Below are positions 1 through 20,395 of a stretch of 64,000 bases of DNA, in pieces (the stretch's first letter is position 1; each line of letters opens with the position of its first letter). The translations under genes and the position numbers were made by a program. This DNA is from Bugula neritina. Its lineage: Eukaryota; Animalia; Bryozoa. Below the pieces are notes generated by a model, which worked only from the letters and a program-made list of their open reading frames with translations, was not told the origin of the DNA and made no database searches. The stretch lies in contig OZ037765.1 in NCBI GenBank assembly GCA_964035545.1, forward strand, positions 6,086,698-6,150,697, written 5' to 3'.

Positions 1-494
1 GATCATCGGTTTGTTTTTATTTTTAATTTTATGTAGTTTCATTATTTACTTATTATATGATAGTGAAACTAGAATTTTTAATATAACATCAACTTCAATG
101 TATCATCTTTTATTTATATATATTTATTATCACTGTGAGTATCATAGATGATTGTCCCGCTGCTAAGGATTATTGTACTTATGTTGGTCTGTAACTATGA
201 CTATAAAGTTCAATGTAATTTTACATTTATTGAAATAGTATGAAACATCTCAAGTTCTCAAGTAATGCAATTATTTATGGGTAAATGGTTATAAAAAACT
301 ATACATATAAATTGTTTTAATTTTTTATTTTAGTAAGTAAAAAATATTTTCCAGTTTAACACAAATCGCCCAAATTTCAAAGACAAGTGGTGATGCACCA
401 GTGAGACAAATTTGCTCAAATTTATGTGCGGATGGTCAGTGTTTAATTCTCGCTATGAATTATAATGATACTAATTTTCAATTATGCTTAATGA

Positions 495-705
495 AACTCA
501 CCCAAGTTTATAGTCACTATCCCTGGGAGAAACCCTAATGAAAAGGGTTCTTGTTAAATCGGGCTAAGGACTTATTCATATGTGGCACAGGAGCAATTAA
601 GACTGAATGCTCTTTCTAACATCACCAATGGCCTTTATTGGAGATTGAATCCATGACTAAGGGATTAATAAGCCAAGGCTCTAACCCCTAGACCACGGAT
701 GCTCC
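495..705 (-). mobile_element. tRNA-derived SINE, copy 1
   Basis: Minus strand begins GGAGCATCCGTGGTCTAGGGGTTAGAGC (A-box-like), then GGATTCAATC (B-box-like). Homologous over ~190 bp to a second copy at 51083-51279. Confidence 0.75.
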
Positions 706-1116
706 TTTCAGTTATGTTTAACGCTTAGCTTTGTTATCAATGTTAAAGTTAAATCATTACCTTGTTTTGAATAATTCAAGAGCTAAAATAATAATATCTA
801 TGCCTGTAAATTATATTATTGTAAATGTTTCAACATATGAATTTTAGACATTTTGTTATTTCTGTATGTTGTGTTTTAGATTTTATAACTTGAAGAAATT
901 TTAAACAAGAAGGAACTTTATGCTCAATAATTTATGTTAAAAATAACTTGTCACATTGATTGTCCATTTAGTTCATTCACTTCTTATGTACATCTTTTAT
1001 CAATGCTTACTTATAAGTATATTATATTTGTGTGCATGTATTGGTGTAGGTTTTGGTGCAGTTAATGTATTTGATAGATTTATTATTTACAAACTTGTAT
1101 TGTAGCTAACTTTATA

Positions 1117-7959
<6,843 letters not shown>

Positions 7960-8892
7960 ACAGCTACATGAGATGATAACTACTCAATATACTTTCCAAC
8001 TTAAATCTGTAGCTGCTCATTCTTTTTTATAAAATTATACAATATTTTACCAAAAATCATAATACCATGCTATTTGGTAGCTAAAGGATAGATGTTATTT
8101 TTTAATCATAGTACTTTTTGTATGTTTGATTTACATGGGACACTCTGCTGAGAACTTAAATTACACTGGCTGTGGTAGTTATGTTACATCATGCTGATGT
8201 TTGTAACAGGTACTCTCTGAGTGTTTTCTTCTTAAGTTTGTATTCACACGGGTGATTTCAAGAGATTTGTCTTCTACAAAATCTGTTTTTGAAATAATTA
8301 ATTTATGCTGAGTTTGGATTTTGGTCACCATCAAAGTTTACTCTTCAATATCATTTTTACCACTTTATTAATTTCAAATAGAAATGATATATTTTTCCAT
8401 ATTTCTGCCAAACCCTCGTACAGCAATCTCTGTGTGGCTGAATGCTGATGGATCAGCTTAGTTTGAGACCAGGTTGTTTATGCTCATGTGCAAACTAAAA
8501 CTGTACATTTATTTCCTCCATGAGAATGATGCTATATAATAATGTAATATTATTTGAATAATTTTTAATATGTTTATGGGTCTAATCTTGCACAATGTAT
8601 GACTACTTTTGTAATATCATATAACTTATAATGAATGTCTCTGTATACTTGGTTTGTCATGTATACCAAATAAATTAATTATTGATATATTTGTTGAATG
8701 AGTTTTTATATATTGCATAATTATATCAGTATGTTAAGAGTTTCTAATTGTTTATATCAAGATCCTTATGTAGCTCATCCAGTGTTACATTGTGCTATGC
8801 GCAAATCATTTTATTAGTTACTGTTTAATTTGAAATATACTAAATTTCTTGATTCTTCAATTTTTGAGTGTGTGTTTTCCGGAAAAAGAATA

Positions 8893-11800
8893 ATGAACGA
8901 TAGACTCAACGCACACACCAAACAAAATATTTCATTTATTCACGCAGACAATAAAAAAGGTGATAAAGTGTTCATCCAAGATGTTCCACCAGTATGTATA
9001 AAAATTTAAAATTTTAAACAACCGAACTTTAAATTAAATTATTTGTGTGAATTCATCTTGGACTAAAGAATAGAAGTACCTCAAAATAGACACTCTGCTT
9101 ACGCCTACATAGCCTAACTACAACTAGTATTATTTTTGCATCAAGTTTAAATTTGTATTTATAGTCGTACTCTAGTCATACACTCATACACATACTGACA
9201 TAGTGATATTGATAGTGCCTAGCTTGGTCATTAATAGCCGTAACACTTGATAGTTTTGGTGTATCATTTAGAATTAAATATTATAAGTATAGGTATGTCA
9301 CTCCCCACACTCACTCAGTCTCAAGACCAAATTGGTAATAGTGGAGGTGACTTTCCCCCTCTACAACGCTCTCAGTTGGAATCTACTACAGATGACAACA
9401 ATACAGACCTAAATGAGTTATGCGCATCATGCTCCAAAAAAGAATGTTTTCTTCTCACTAAAGGCGGAAAACAACAAAAAGCTGCTTCAAAATGGATATC
9501 TTGTGATGTGTGCCTAAAATGGTACCATGGAACATGCCAGGGCCTCCAGCCATCTGAGGTGAATTCCATCACTAGACTATCGGACAGAGGTGTTAGGTGG
9601 TTTTGTGATGAGTGTTCTTCTCAAAAAGATGATGGTGGCAATACACAACATATGAAAATGCTTCACAGCATTAATCAACAAATTTCTAAACTAGAGAGAA
9701 AGTTAGAAAAATACCATCAACACAGCAATGACGAAGTCAGTACCCTCCAAAAAACCTGGGCTGATATTACCAGCAAAAATACTGAAATTGCGAATAACAC
9801 AAAAAAAACCCTGCAAATGACCACAACCAGCCAAGCACTACTGGCATCAGAGATGGACAAAAAGGACAACGAAGCGAGAAAATCCAATGCAATTTTGTAT
9901 GGCCTAACTGAAAGAGATACTGCAATACAAGATGTGATGAATTTAATGTCCAAAGAACTATTTAAGAATTTCAACAAGCCAGTTCAAGCAATTAGGCTTG
10001 GTCCTAAGACTGAAAACAAAAATCGCCCTATAAAACTGCGATTTGAAGATGAAAGGTCCAAGTGGGAATTTTTAAAACGAGTAAATCATGCCTTGCGCGC
10101 AGACTCTTTGTTCTGCAAGCTGGACATGAACAAAGAAACCAGGGACAAAGAGTACACTCTTCGCCAACAGGTTAAAAAACTTAAAGAGGAGCACCCAACC
10201 ATACAATTTCGAATCAGGGATTTCAACATTCAAAAAAAAGCTGAATCGGGAAACTGGGAGAAGTTGAAACCGGAAGACCAACAAACAAAACTATCTCAGA
10301 TCTAAATCTTTTTCTTGCTAATGCCAGGTCAGTCAAAGGAAAAGCAGCAGAAATCACCGCTCTAACTAAAAACTATGATTTGATCTGCTTAACTGAAACG
10401 CATATTGATCAATCTATTCCCAGCAAGACTGTAATCGAAACACCTGGTTTAGACTTCTTTAGAAATGACAGAAACATACACGGAGGAGGAGTCATGATTG
10501 CAATCAAAGCAAAGCTTAAAGCCAGAAATGTTTCCGTTGAAACTTATAATGAAGAAATAGTAATTATCCTTATTCCAACTAACCTAGTTATATGTTGTTA
10601 CTATAGACCGAGGACATCAACTCCAAATATCAAACAATTAAGTAACATACTTAGCTCCATCAAATATAAATATTCCAACTGCAACATAATTTTACTTGGT
10701 GATATGAATCTCCCAGGACTAGACTGGGTTACCAAAACTATTAAACCCAATTCATCCTACAAAGCTATCCATCTACAATTTCTCAATATGCTTTACGAAC
10801 ATAACTTATACCAGATGGTTACAGAACCTACACACATTCACGGAAACACTCTTGATCTGATATGCCTCTCTAACACTCTTACAACAGATCCCCCAGATGT
10901 GGTAATCCCTGGCCTAAGCGACCACTATATTATAACCCTGAAGCTTAAAGTAGAAACAATGATGCACCAACAACACAATTGTAAAAATACCAAGGAAATC
11001 TTTGTCTATCAGAAGGCAAACGTTCAAGTCTTTACTGAAAAAATGACTAAAGCTCTTCATCAAATTAAAAACCTAAGTGATGTTCATAAAATGTGGGATA
11101 TTTACAAAAGATCACTTGATGAAGCCATACTTGATTCTGTTCCACTCGAAACTATACACGTTCAGAAATGAAGATCAACCACCTTGGTTTAACAAACATA
11201 TTAAAAAAATGATAGACAAGCAACACAATACACACAGAAAGTACAAACAAACTGGAGATCCATACTACTTAAATAAATATAAGCAGCACCGCCGGAACAA
11301 CAAGAAAGAACTCAAAAAGCTCAAAAAGAATTATTTGCTATATAAAATTTGTAAACCCTTGGAAAAGGGGAACAGCAAACCTTTTTACAAACATCTTAGG
11401 TACAAACAAAATCAACAGCATCCTTTAGAGACTATGACACTTATGGATGGCCTTCCAACCACTGACCGTAAGATAATCACCAACGAACTAAATAAATACT
11501 TTCACTCACAGTTCTGCCACCAAGAAAGTATATCAAAACTCCCACTTCTTTCAACTCAAACGGAACCATTTCCCATCACATTAGATGGTGTTGAAAAACT
11601 TATTGCTGACCTTAAAAATAATAAATCTCCCGGCCCAGACCAGATTCGCAAATGCCAATTACTAATAAACCCCAATATCAATGCAGAGTGTCTTCAGCAT
11701 ATCTTCGCTGCTTCATTAAAACAAGGTGTGCTCCCAGGTGCATGGAAGACTGCCAACATCACTCCTATATATAAGAAAGGTGAAAAAGAGAAGCCATGCA

Positions 11801-14800
11801 ATTATCGACCTATTTCATTGACAAGTATCCCCTGCAAAATGCTAGAACATATTATATTACACTATCTAAATAAAACACTAGATTCAATTTTGGTTAATAG
11901 ACAACATGGATTTAGACGTGGCCTTTCATGTGACACTCAATTGTGTGCAACTTTTCATGATCTTGCAAGAGCCGCCGACAACTCATCAACTACTCACGCA
12001 GTAATTCTAGATTTTAAAAAGGCCTTCGATAAAGTTCCTCATTTACTGCTCATAGAGAAAATCAGGCGAATTAAAGGAATTGACCCATTTATTGCCAATT
12101 GGATACAGAGCTTTTTGACTGACAGAAGTCAAAAAGTGGTGATCAAAGGGACAGAATCATCTGAACTAAGTGTAACATCTGGAGTCCCCCAAGGATCAGT
12201 TCTTGGACCAACACTCTTCCTAATTTACATCAATGATCTCCCTCAATCTGTCTCATGCAAAGTTAGTCTATATGCTGACGACACACTTCTATATGCTGAA
12301 GTTAACAACAAAATACAACAGGAAGCTTTTCAGAGAGACCTAAACTCACTTTATAACTGGTCACTTACATGGAAAATGCCGTTTAATACCGATAAGTGCG
12401 AAGTGATTATATTTGGTAAAAATGATGACACCTCCCATCTATATTCACTTGGTAACACCACTCTTAGAACCGTTAAAGAGGCCAAATATCTTGGAGTAAT
12501 CATGCAGTCTAACCTAAAGTTTGACAGACATATTACATCTAAAGTCAACAATGCAAGCAAAATACTTGGCTGTATCAAGCATACAATCTACAATGCACCC
12601 ATGAAGGCAAAATTAATTGCATACCTTAGTCTATGTAGACCTATCCTTGAGTATGCAGACACGTTGTGGGATCCGACTAACAAAAGTGCCTGTGAGGAAA
12701 TTGAACATGTTCAAAATCAAGCCATCAGGTTTATCGCTAACCTCAAAGGAAGATGTGGCATCAGTGACGCTCGAACTGAATTGCAGCTTAAAACTCTTGC
12801 GAGCAGGCGAAGAGACCATAGAATAACTTTGTTAATGAGAATACTCTCAGATGAAGAGCGCCATGAAACGCTTTCATCTGCTTATGATGAACTATTAAAT
12901 TCAAATCGGTCAATAAACACTCGATCTGCTAAGAGAGGAGAACCAACATCAATTTCTGCATCCTCACAGACTTTTCACAACAGTTTTCTCCCTCGAAGCA
13001 TCAGAGATTTGAGGATACCACCTCATAACACAAACTCAGCTTAGCTATGTGCTAAAACCCCTTTACATTACAAGTAAAATATTCAAACTTAGCTACATGC
13101 TAGAACAGATACATTTCAACACATGGTAAACCCAAACAAAAACAACATAAGAGGCACTCATAATTTTGCGCCTGTAGGTGTTAGCAGAGTGTTCTAATTT
13201 TTACGAGGTGAGTTACGAGGTGAGTTATTAGTATAACTACATATAAGTCTAGTATTTAGAGTTGATTGAACACCAGTGCATTTGAAGCTACACTTAGTTA
13301 TAACTGTAGCCTTTAGTAGCAAATCCATATGTTTATCCGTTTGCTGCATGCTGTCTTTTTAAGGCTAAAATTTATTAAATGTAGATATCACTTATTGTTA
13401 GACTGGTGTCCTGGCTATACATGTGAAGAGATGCAAGATTCTCAAAGTGCTTGATAGTACAAAAGGCAAGTAAGGGATTGTTCAACTGCAATATATTCTA
13501 ATTGTTGGCTTTATTTGTGTGGCAAGTTACTATATATACAGATAAAATAGCTAATTAATATCATTATAAATAAATATTATAACAGTTTGAAGCATGTATA
13601 ATAATTCAAAAAAATAAAAACCTACATGGATGTCTTTTATTGAACCCTCAATAATTCTGCAGTTGTATTAGTTTACAAAACATCCCTTAAGCAAATACAT
13701 ATAGTGTCACAAATTCTGAGTGTACATATACCTATAAATAGACTTATCGGGTTTTTCCTAATGATTATACAGGAATGTTCATAAATATTCTAGACTAATC
13801 AAAGAGATGGGTCATTGTTCATTGTTACTGTTTTGGTTGGTCACGTTAACTACTGCCCAGCAATGTAAACAAGGTATTGCGCAATAATTGTGAAATAACC
13901 ATGGAAATTCCAATGTTTTGTTTTGTTTTGAGTTTCTATAAATAGTATTGGCATGTGGGGAATGTTTCCTACTAGAATCTTCTATACTGGAATGCTTGAG
14001 AATGTTCTAGAGTTTTTCTGTTTACTATAAATACTGAGGCAGTTGTGTTTACGAATCAGTTCATTTTCATAAGTTCATTCTCGGAGTTCACTCTTATAAG
14101 TTCATCTGTGCATATCTTACTGAAGAAATAAAGTCTACTCTATTTACTCTCAACTGGATTAGCAAGCTGTATGCTACTTGTCTCTATACTTCTGACTACC
14201 AGACTTTTCGAACTCGTCACACTGCTACCAACAGTTTTGTGACAATTGGGGGCTGCTCCGGGAAGTCTCAGTCGCACACAGGGAAGTTATTAGTTACAAC
14301 GTGAGTATACACAGGATTAATTAACAGTTGTTGAGACATTATGGCGTTGTTGGAGAGAGTGACACAGATGGGTAAAGATCTTGGATTGGTGGAGGACAAG
14401 CTCGTAGCTTTCGTTGAAAAGAACCTACCCATTGTTGCTGCACAAGAGGAAAAAGAAAAGGACCGAGAGGAAAAAGAAAAGGACCGAGAGGAGCGTAGAT
14501 TAGAGCGTGAAGCAGAAAAGATCAGGCAAGAGAATGAGAAAGCCTTAATGGAGATGAAGATAAAAGCTGATCAGGAGGCAACGGCATTCAAGGTTAAAGC
14601 TGATCAGGAGGCAATGGCACTCAAGGTTAAAGCTGATCAGGAGGCAATGGCACTCAAGGTTCAAGCTGACCAGGAGGCAGAAGAGAGAAGACAACGACAT
14701 GAATTAGATATGGAAAAGCTGAAAGCTGACATAAGTTTGGAGCACTCAAGACATGAGAGCACCAGGTTAGAAATAACTAACAAACCAAAACCAAAAATAC

Positions 14801-17800
14801 CATTCTTTGATGAGAAGGTGGATGAAATGGATAGCTATTTAGAGCGGTTCGAGTGGGTTGCCGAAGGATGTAACTGGGACAAGGGAGATTGGCCCTACCA
14901 TCTCAGTCAGTACCTAAGGGGTACGGCAACAGAAGCTTACATCCGGTTGTCACCTACCGATCGTAGAGATTATAAAAAAGTCAAAGAAGCCTTGTTGGAG
15001 CGCTTTAACTTGACTCAAGAGGGCTACAGAAAAAAGCTCAGAGAGGCAGAAGCTTACGAGGATGAAACTCCTGCCCAACTATTCACTAGGATAGAAACTT
15101 ACGTGCACAAGTGGGTGGAGCTTTCAGGGGGCATGGACATAGCCAAACTAGTGGCGACTGAACAATTTATATCATCATGCCCAGACGACTTAGCTGTGCA
15201 CTTAAAGCAAAATTCCTACAACAGCAGTGAGGATATGTGTGATGCAGCGTCACTGTTCTTGCACGCTCGTGGAAGGAAACTAGCAAAGACAAGGAAAACT
15301 AATACAAAAAGAATGGAAAACACACCTGCCGCTAGCATGAATGCTGAACAAGGAAGTAAAAGCGATGGTGCATGCTTCATCTGCAAAGATAAGTCACACA
15401 TTGCTCGCAACTGCCCACGGCGAGGGAAGAAGTACTGTTCACATTGCAAGATGAACAATCACAATACTTCAGACTGCAGAAAGTATGGTGGAAGGTCGGT
15501 GCGTGCTGCTGCTGCAATAGGGACTACTCAGAATAAGACCGTGGTCATAGATCCAGGAATCTCATCTAAAGTGGAAGAACCTACAGAAATCATAGTTAAT
15601 GGTAAAAAGTTTGTCAACGCTGCTGTCTGCAAGAATGGACCTAAATTCAAAGATGGGGGCACAGCAATATTTGATGCGGAAGTTAATGGCCAACGAGCTA
15701 CTGTAATGCGCGACACCGGCTGTGGTTGCATTGTAGTCAATGCAAAGTATGTGCAACCTCAACACTTGACTGGAGAATCAGTTTATCTGAATATGGCTGA
15801 TGCAAGTGTTAGGGAGGCTCAGTGGGCACTTATCTCAGTACGCTCACCATTTTACAATGGTGTCGTCAAAGCTGCAGTAATGGACAAGACGATTTGTGAC
15901 CTGCTTATTGGGAATGTGGATGGAGCGAGATCAGCTGACCAGCCGCTGGAAAACTGGAAGGACTGCGCCGTAACCACAAGAGCTCAAGCTGTCAAGGAAA
16001 AGTCAGGAGACAAACCACTGATGGTTGATTCAAATGCTAACCCATTAAGTATAGGGAAAGATGAAATAGCCAGACTGCAGAGGGATGACCCCACATTGGA
16101 GCGTTTCTTCGATGCAAAAGAAGTGAAGGAGAAAAAGGGATGCACCACTAGGTTTGTGGTGAGGAATAGGATTCTGTACCGTGAGTACACCGACTCGAAG
16201 TCTGTCAGTGTAAAACCAGTTAAACAACTCATGGTACCCAGTTCACTGAGGAAGGAAGTTCTACAGAAAGCTCATGACTGCATAATGAGCGGACACCTAG
16301 GAGTAAAGAAAACCACTGATAGAGTGCTTTCCAACTTCTTCTGGCCAGGACTAAACGGAGATGTCGTACGTTTCTGTCAGTCATGTGACATTTGCCAGAA
16401 AACAGTGAAAAAAGGCTCAGTCATGAAAGTCCCAGTACAAGAAACTCCACTAATTGACACCCCATTCAAGAGATGTGCAATAGACCTAATCGGACCAATT
16501 AACCCTCCAAGTGAGAAAGGACACCGCTACATCCTAACTTTAGTTGACTATGCTACAAGATATCCTGAAGCTACACCATTGAAGAACATTGACTCAGCTA
16601 CTGTAGCTGAAGCGCTGCTTGACATATACAGTCGTGTTGGGATACCAGAGGAGGTGATAAGCGACCAAGGAACTCAATTCATCTCGGACTACATGAAAGA
16701 GTTTACCAGATTACTTGACATGCGACAACTTCCTACTTCACCATACCATGCAATGGCCAATGGACTTGTGGAAAAGTTCAACGGAACCCTCAAAAGTATG
16801 TTAAAAAAGTTGTGTGCTAAAGAGCCAAGACAGTGGCATCGGTTCATCAATGCGGCTCTATTTGCATATAGAGAAGTCCCACAGGAATCAACAGGCTTCG
16901 CCCCATTCGAGTTACTCTATGGAAGAACTGTACGTGGACCAATGTACATCCTGCGACAACTTTGTCAAAAGAAGACACTGCCGATGAAGTCAAGACCTGC
17001 TATCAACATGTTTTTGAATTGAGAGAGCGTTTAGATGACATGATGGAAATGGCATTAGCTTCGCTAAAAGACAGTCAAAAAAGATACAAACACTATTTTG
17101 ACAAGAAAGCTAAGCAGAGAGACTTCAGACCTGGTGACAAAGTGCTCATTCTTCTACCTACGGATGGAAATAAATTGCTGATGCATTGGCAAGGACCATT
17201 CAATATTGAGGAGAAAGTCAGACTGAATGACTACATTATCAACATTAGAGGCAAGAGGAGAACATACCATGCCAACATGCTGAAGAAATATTTTGAGCGG
17301 GAGGCGCCTACCGACCCTATGACTGTTGGAGCTGTGATGACTTTAGATGCTGCTGGTACTGGAGTTATTGATCATGATGAGGAAAGAGAAGATGGCCAAG
17401 ATGATTTGTTGGACCTGTACGGTAAGAAACAGCAAACAGAAACAAGCAAAGATGTCATTCTGGGTGAAGAGCTGGAGAATCAGCAAAGAAGACGGCTGGA
17501 GGAGTTACTAAGAAAGTTTGAAGGTATCTTCAGTGACTTGCCAGGAAATGCAACGGGAATAGAACATTCTATCGAGCTCACGACTGATGAGCCAGTGAAA
17601 TCCAAACCATATGGATTGCCCTACAGGGTAAGAGAAACTCTCAAGGCGGACATCGAGGATATGTTGAAGATGGGTGTTATTCGGCCATCTACCTCTCCCT
17701 ATGCCTCACCAACGGTGATAGTAAAGAAGCCAGATGGAAGCAACAGGATTTGTATAGACTATCGCAAACTAAACCGAGTCACAGTATTCGATCCCGAACC

Positions 17801-20244
17801 AATGGTGAAAACAGATGACGTTTTCAGAAAACTCAGTAAAGATAAATACTTTACTAAACTTGATTTATCCAAGGGATACTGGCAAATACCAGTGAAGAAA
17901 GAAGATATTCCTAAAACTGCATTTGTGACGCCCGATGGACATTATGAATTCATCAAGATGCCATTTGGGATGGTTAACTCTGGAGCGACACTGGTGAGAG
18001 GGTTGAGAAAACTTTTTGTAAATCTGAAAGGAGTGGACAACTACATTGATGACATTCTAGTGCACACGGAAAGTTGGGAAGAACACGTTAAAACGCTAAC
18101 AGAAGTTTTCAGCCGGCTTGCCACAGCTGGACTTACCGTTAGACCAAGTAAATGTAGAGTAGGAGGAACAAACATGGAGTTCATCGGACATAAACTTTAC
18201 AGGGGTGAAATTAAACCAATGGATGACAACATTGAGAAAATTAGGGCTGCGCCAAGGCCAACCAATAAGACGCAAGTGAGATCGTTCATTGGACTTACTA
18301 GTTACTACAGAGAATATATCCCTCATTACTCAACCATAGCGAGTCCACTAACGGATTTAACAAAGAAGGGAGAACCAAAGAAAGTCAAATGGCAGGAACC
18401 ACAAGAGAAGGCGTATACCACCTTAAAAACAATGCTGACAAGTGCACCAATTTTAAAATTGCCAGATGTACACAAACCGTTTGTGCTAAGGACGGATGCA
18501 TCAGATGTTGGGCTAGGGGCAGTGCTGATGCAGCCTCAGGATGGAAAGCTGTTCCCTGTGAGCTACGCAAGTAGGAAATTACTAGACCGAGAGAGAAACT
18601 ACTCAGCCATAGAGAAGGAATGCTTAGCTGTGGTATGGGCGGTCAAGAAATATCTACAATATTTATATGGTGTGGAGTTCGTGCTGCAGACTGATCACCA
18701 ACCGCTGGTGTACATCAACCAGGCCAAATTTGAGAACAGCAGAGTGATGAGATGGGCTATGTATTTACAGAACTTCAGAATCAAGGTGGAGTCAATCAAA
18801 GGAAAGGACAATGTTGGAGCCGATTATCTAAGCCGAATTGACTCAGAATTTTAAGTAGTTAGGAGAAATGATCAAGATAATTTCTCTTAGAATGGGGGGT
18901 TGTCACAAATTCTGAGTGTACATATACCTATAAATAGACTTATCGGGTTTTTCCTAATGATTATACAGGAATGTTCATAAATATTCTAGACTAATCAAAG
19001 AGATGGGTCATTGTTCATTGTTACTGTTTTGGTTGGTCACGTTAACTACTGCCCAGCAATGTAAACAAGGTATTGCGCAATAATTGTGAAATAACCATGG
19101 AAATTCCAATGTTTTGTTTTGTTTTGAGTTTCTATAAATAGTATTGGCATGTGGGGAATGTTTCCTACTAGAATCTTCTATACTGGAATGCTTGAGAATG
19201 TTCTAGAGTTTTTCTGTTTACTATAAATACTGAGGCAGTTGTGTTTACGAATCAGTTCATTTTCATAAGTTCATTCTCGGAGTTCACTCTTATAAGTTCA
19301 TCTGTGCATATCTTACTGAAGAAATAAAGTCTACTCTATTTACTCTCAACTGGATTAGCAAGCTGTATGCTACTTGTCTCTATACTTCTGACTACCAGAC
19401 TTTTCGAACTCGTCACACTGCTACCAACAGTTTTGTGACATATAGCCTACTTGTCTTGCATCCTTCTTTATTTAACTATGTTATTTCACATGTTTTGTAT
19501 ATCATAATATAAATAGGTTAACATAATTCATATACGTTGTATTCAATATAAAGTTGATTTATTATTAAGATTTTAACAAATATCAGACAAAAGCAGCCAC
19601 TTCCTCAACAACTCATGTTTGTGTTTCACAGAATTTAGCAAGCGTCTGCCAATGAGCTTGTACGTGAGAATAGCAGTTGGAGAGGTTATTAAGACAACTA
19701 AAACAGTGAATGATGTCCGTTGCAGTAACAATGTGGGTGTAATATTGGATGATTTAAAACATTTTCAAGTAACGGTAAGTAACCTACAAATAGAACACAT
19801 TCTTTCAAATACTCTGTGATTAGATGTTCAATAGTATTTCTAATAATCATTGTTGAAAATTTTAGTCTTTTGTATAACAAGTCATCATTCATAGCTATTG
19901 CATACTGTTTTAGATAAACAATAAATTAGATGATGAGTCAAACAAATTGAAGATTGTACTCATGGCATATCAGGGTTACAACAAGCATAAGAAGCTGGGT
20001 GAGAAAGAGATTCATCTCTTTAACATTATTAAGGTAATTTCTACAGATGAGTGTTATTGTACACTCACACTCGCACTCGCGCGCACACACACACAAATAT
20101 AACAATATGCATGCACATAAATATACAGATATACATACACATATACACCCTGAAATACATGTATGTTAGTTTTGTGTGTGTGTGTGCATGTGTGTGCGTG
20201 CTTGCATATATAAATGCATATGTACACACACACACACACACACA

Positions 20245-20300
<56 letters not shown>

Positions 20301-20307
20301 CACACAC

Positions 20308-20395
<88 letters not shown>

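Larger units (their letters stand above)
9292..13227 (+). mobile_element. Non-LTR retrotransposon (CR1/L2-group LINE) in intron 1 of the C2CD6-like gene; 5' boundary approximate
   Basis: PHD-finger ORF1, APE-RT ORF2, a short 3' UTR and a tandem-repeat tail (TTACGAGGTGAG)2 TTA at 13201-13227. Confidence 0.9.
13705..19440 (+). mobile_element. Full-length Gmr1-like Ty3/Gypsy LTR retrotransposon in intron 2 of the C2CD6-like gene
   Basis: Two 540-bp LTRs, 5-bp TSD TATAG (13700-13704 and 19441-19445), PBS, PPT, and domain order gag-PR-IN-RT-RH. Confidence 0.97.

Noticed and set aside
8811-8818. TTATTAGT as the LINE target-site duplication (also at 13225-13232)
   Set aside because: Host exon 1 (8893-8991) lies between it and ORF1, and the word is short and AT-rich. 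A near match at 9281-9291 is also unproven.
11155-11175. Programmed +1 shift inside LINE ORF2
   Set aside because: Lies in the APE-RT linker with no signal; most likely an inactivating indel.
16950-16980. Programmed frameshift in the Gypsy pol
   Set aside because: No canonical slippery heptamer, and the break falls inside the integrase; a single-base deletion or assembly error is simpler.
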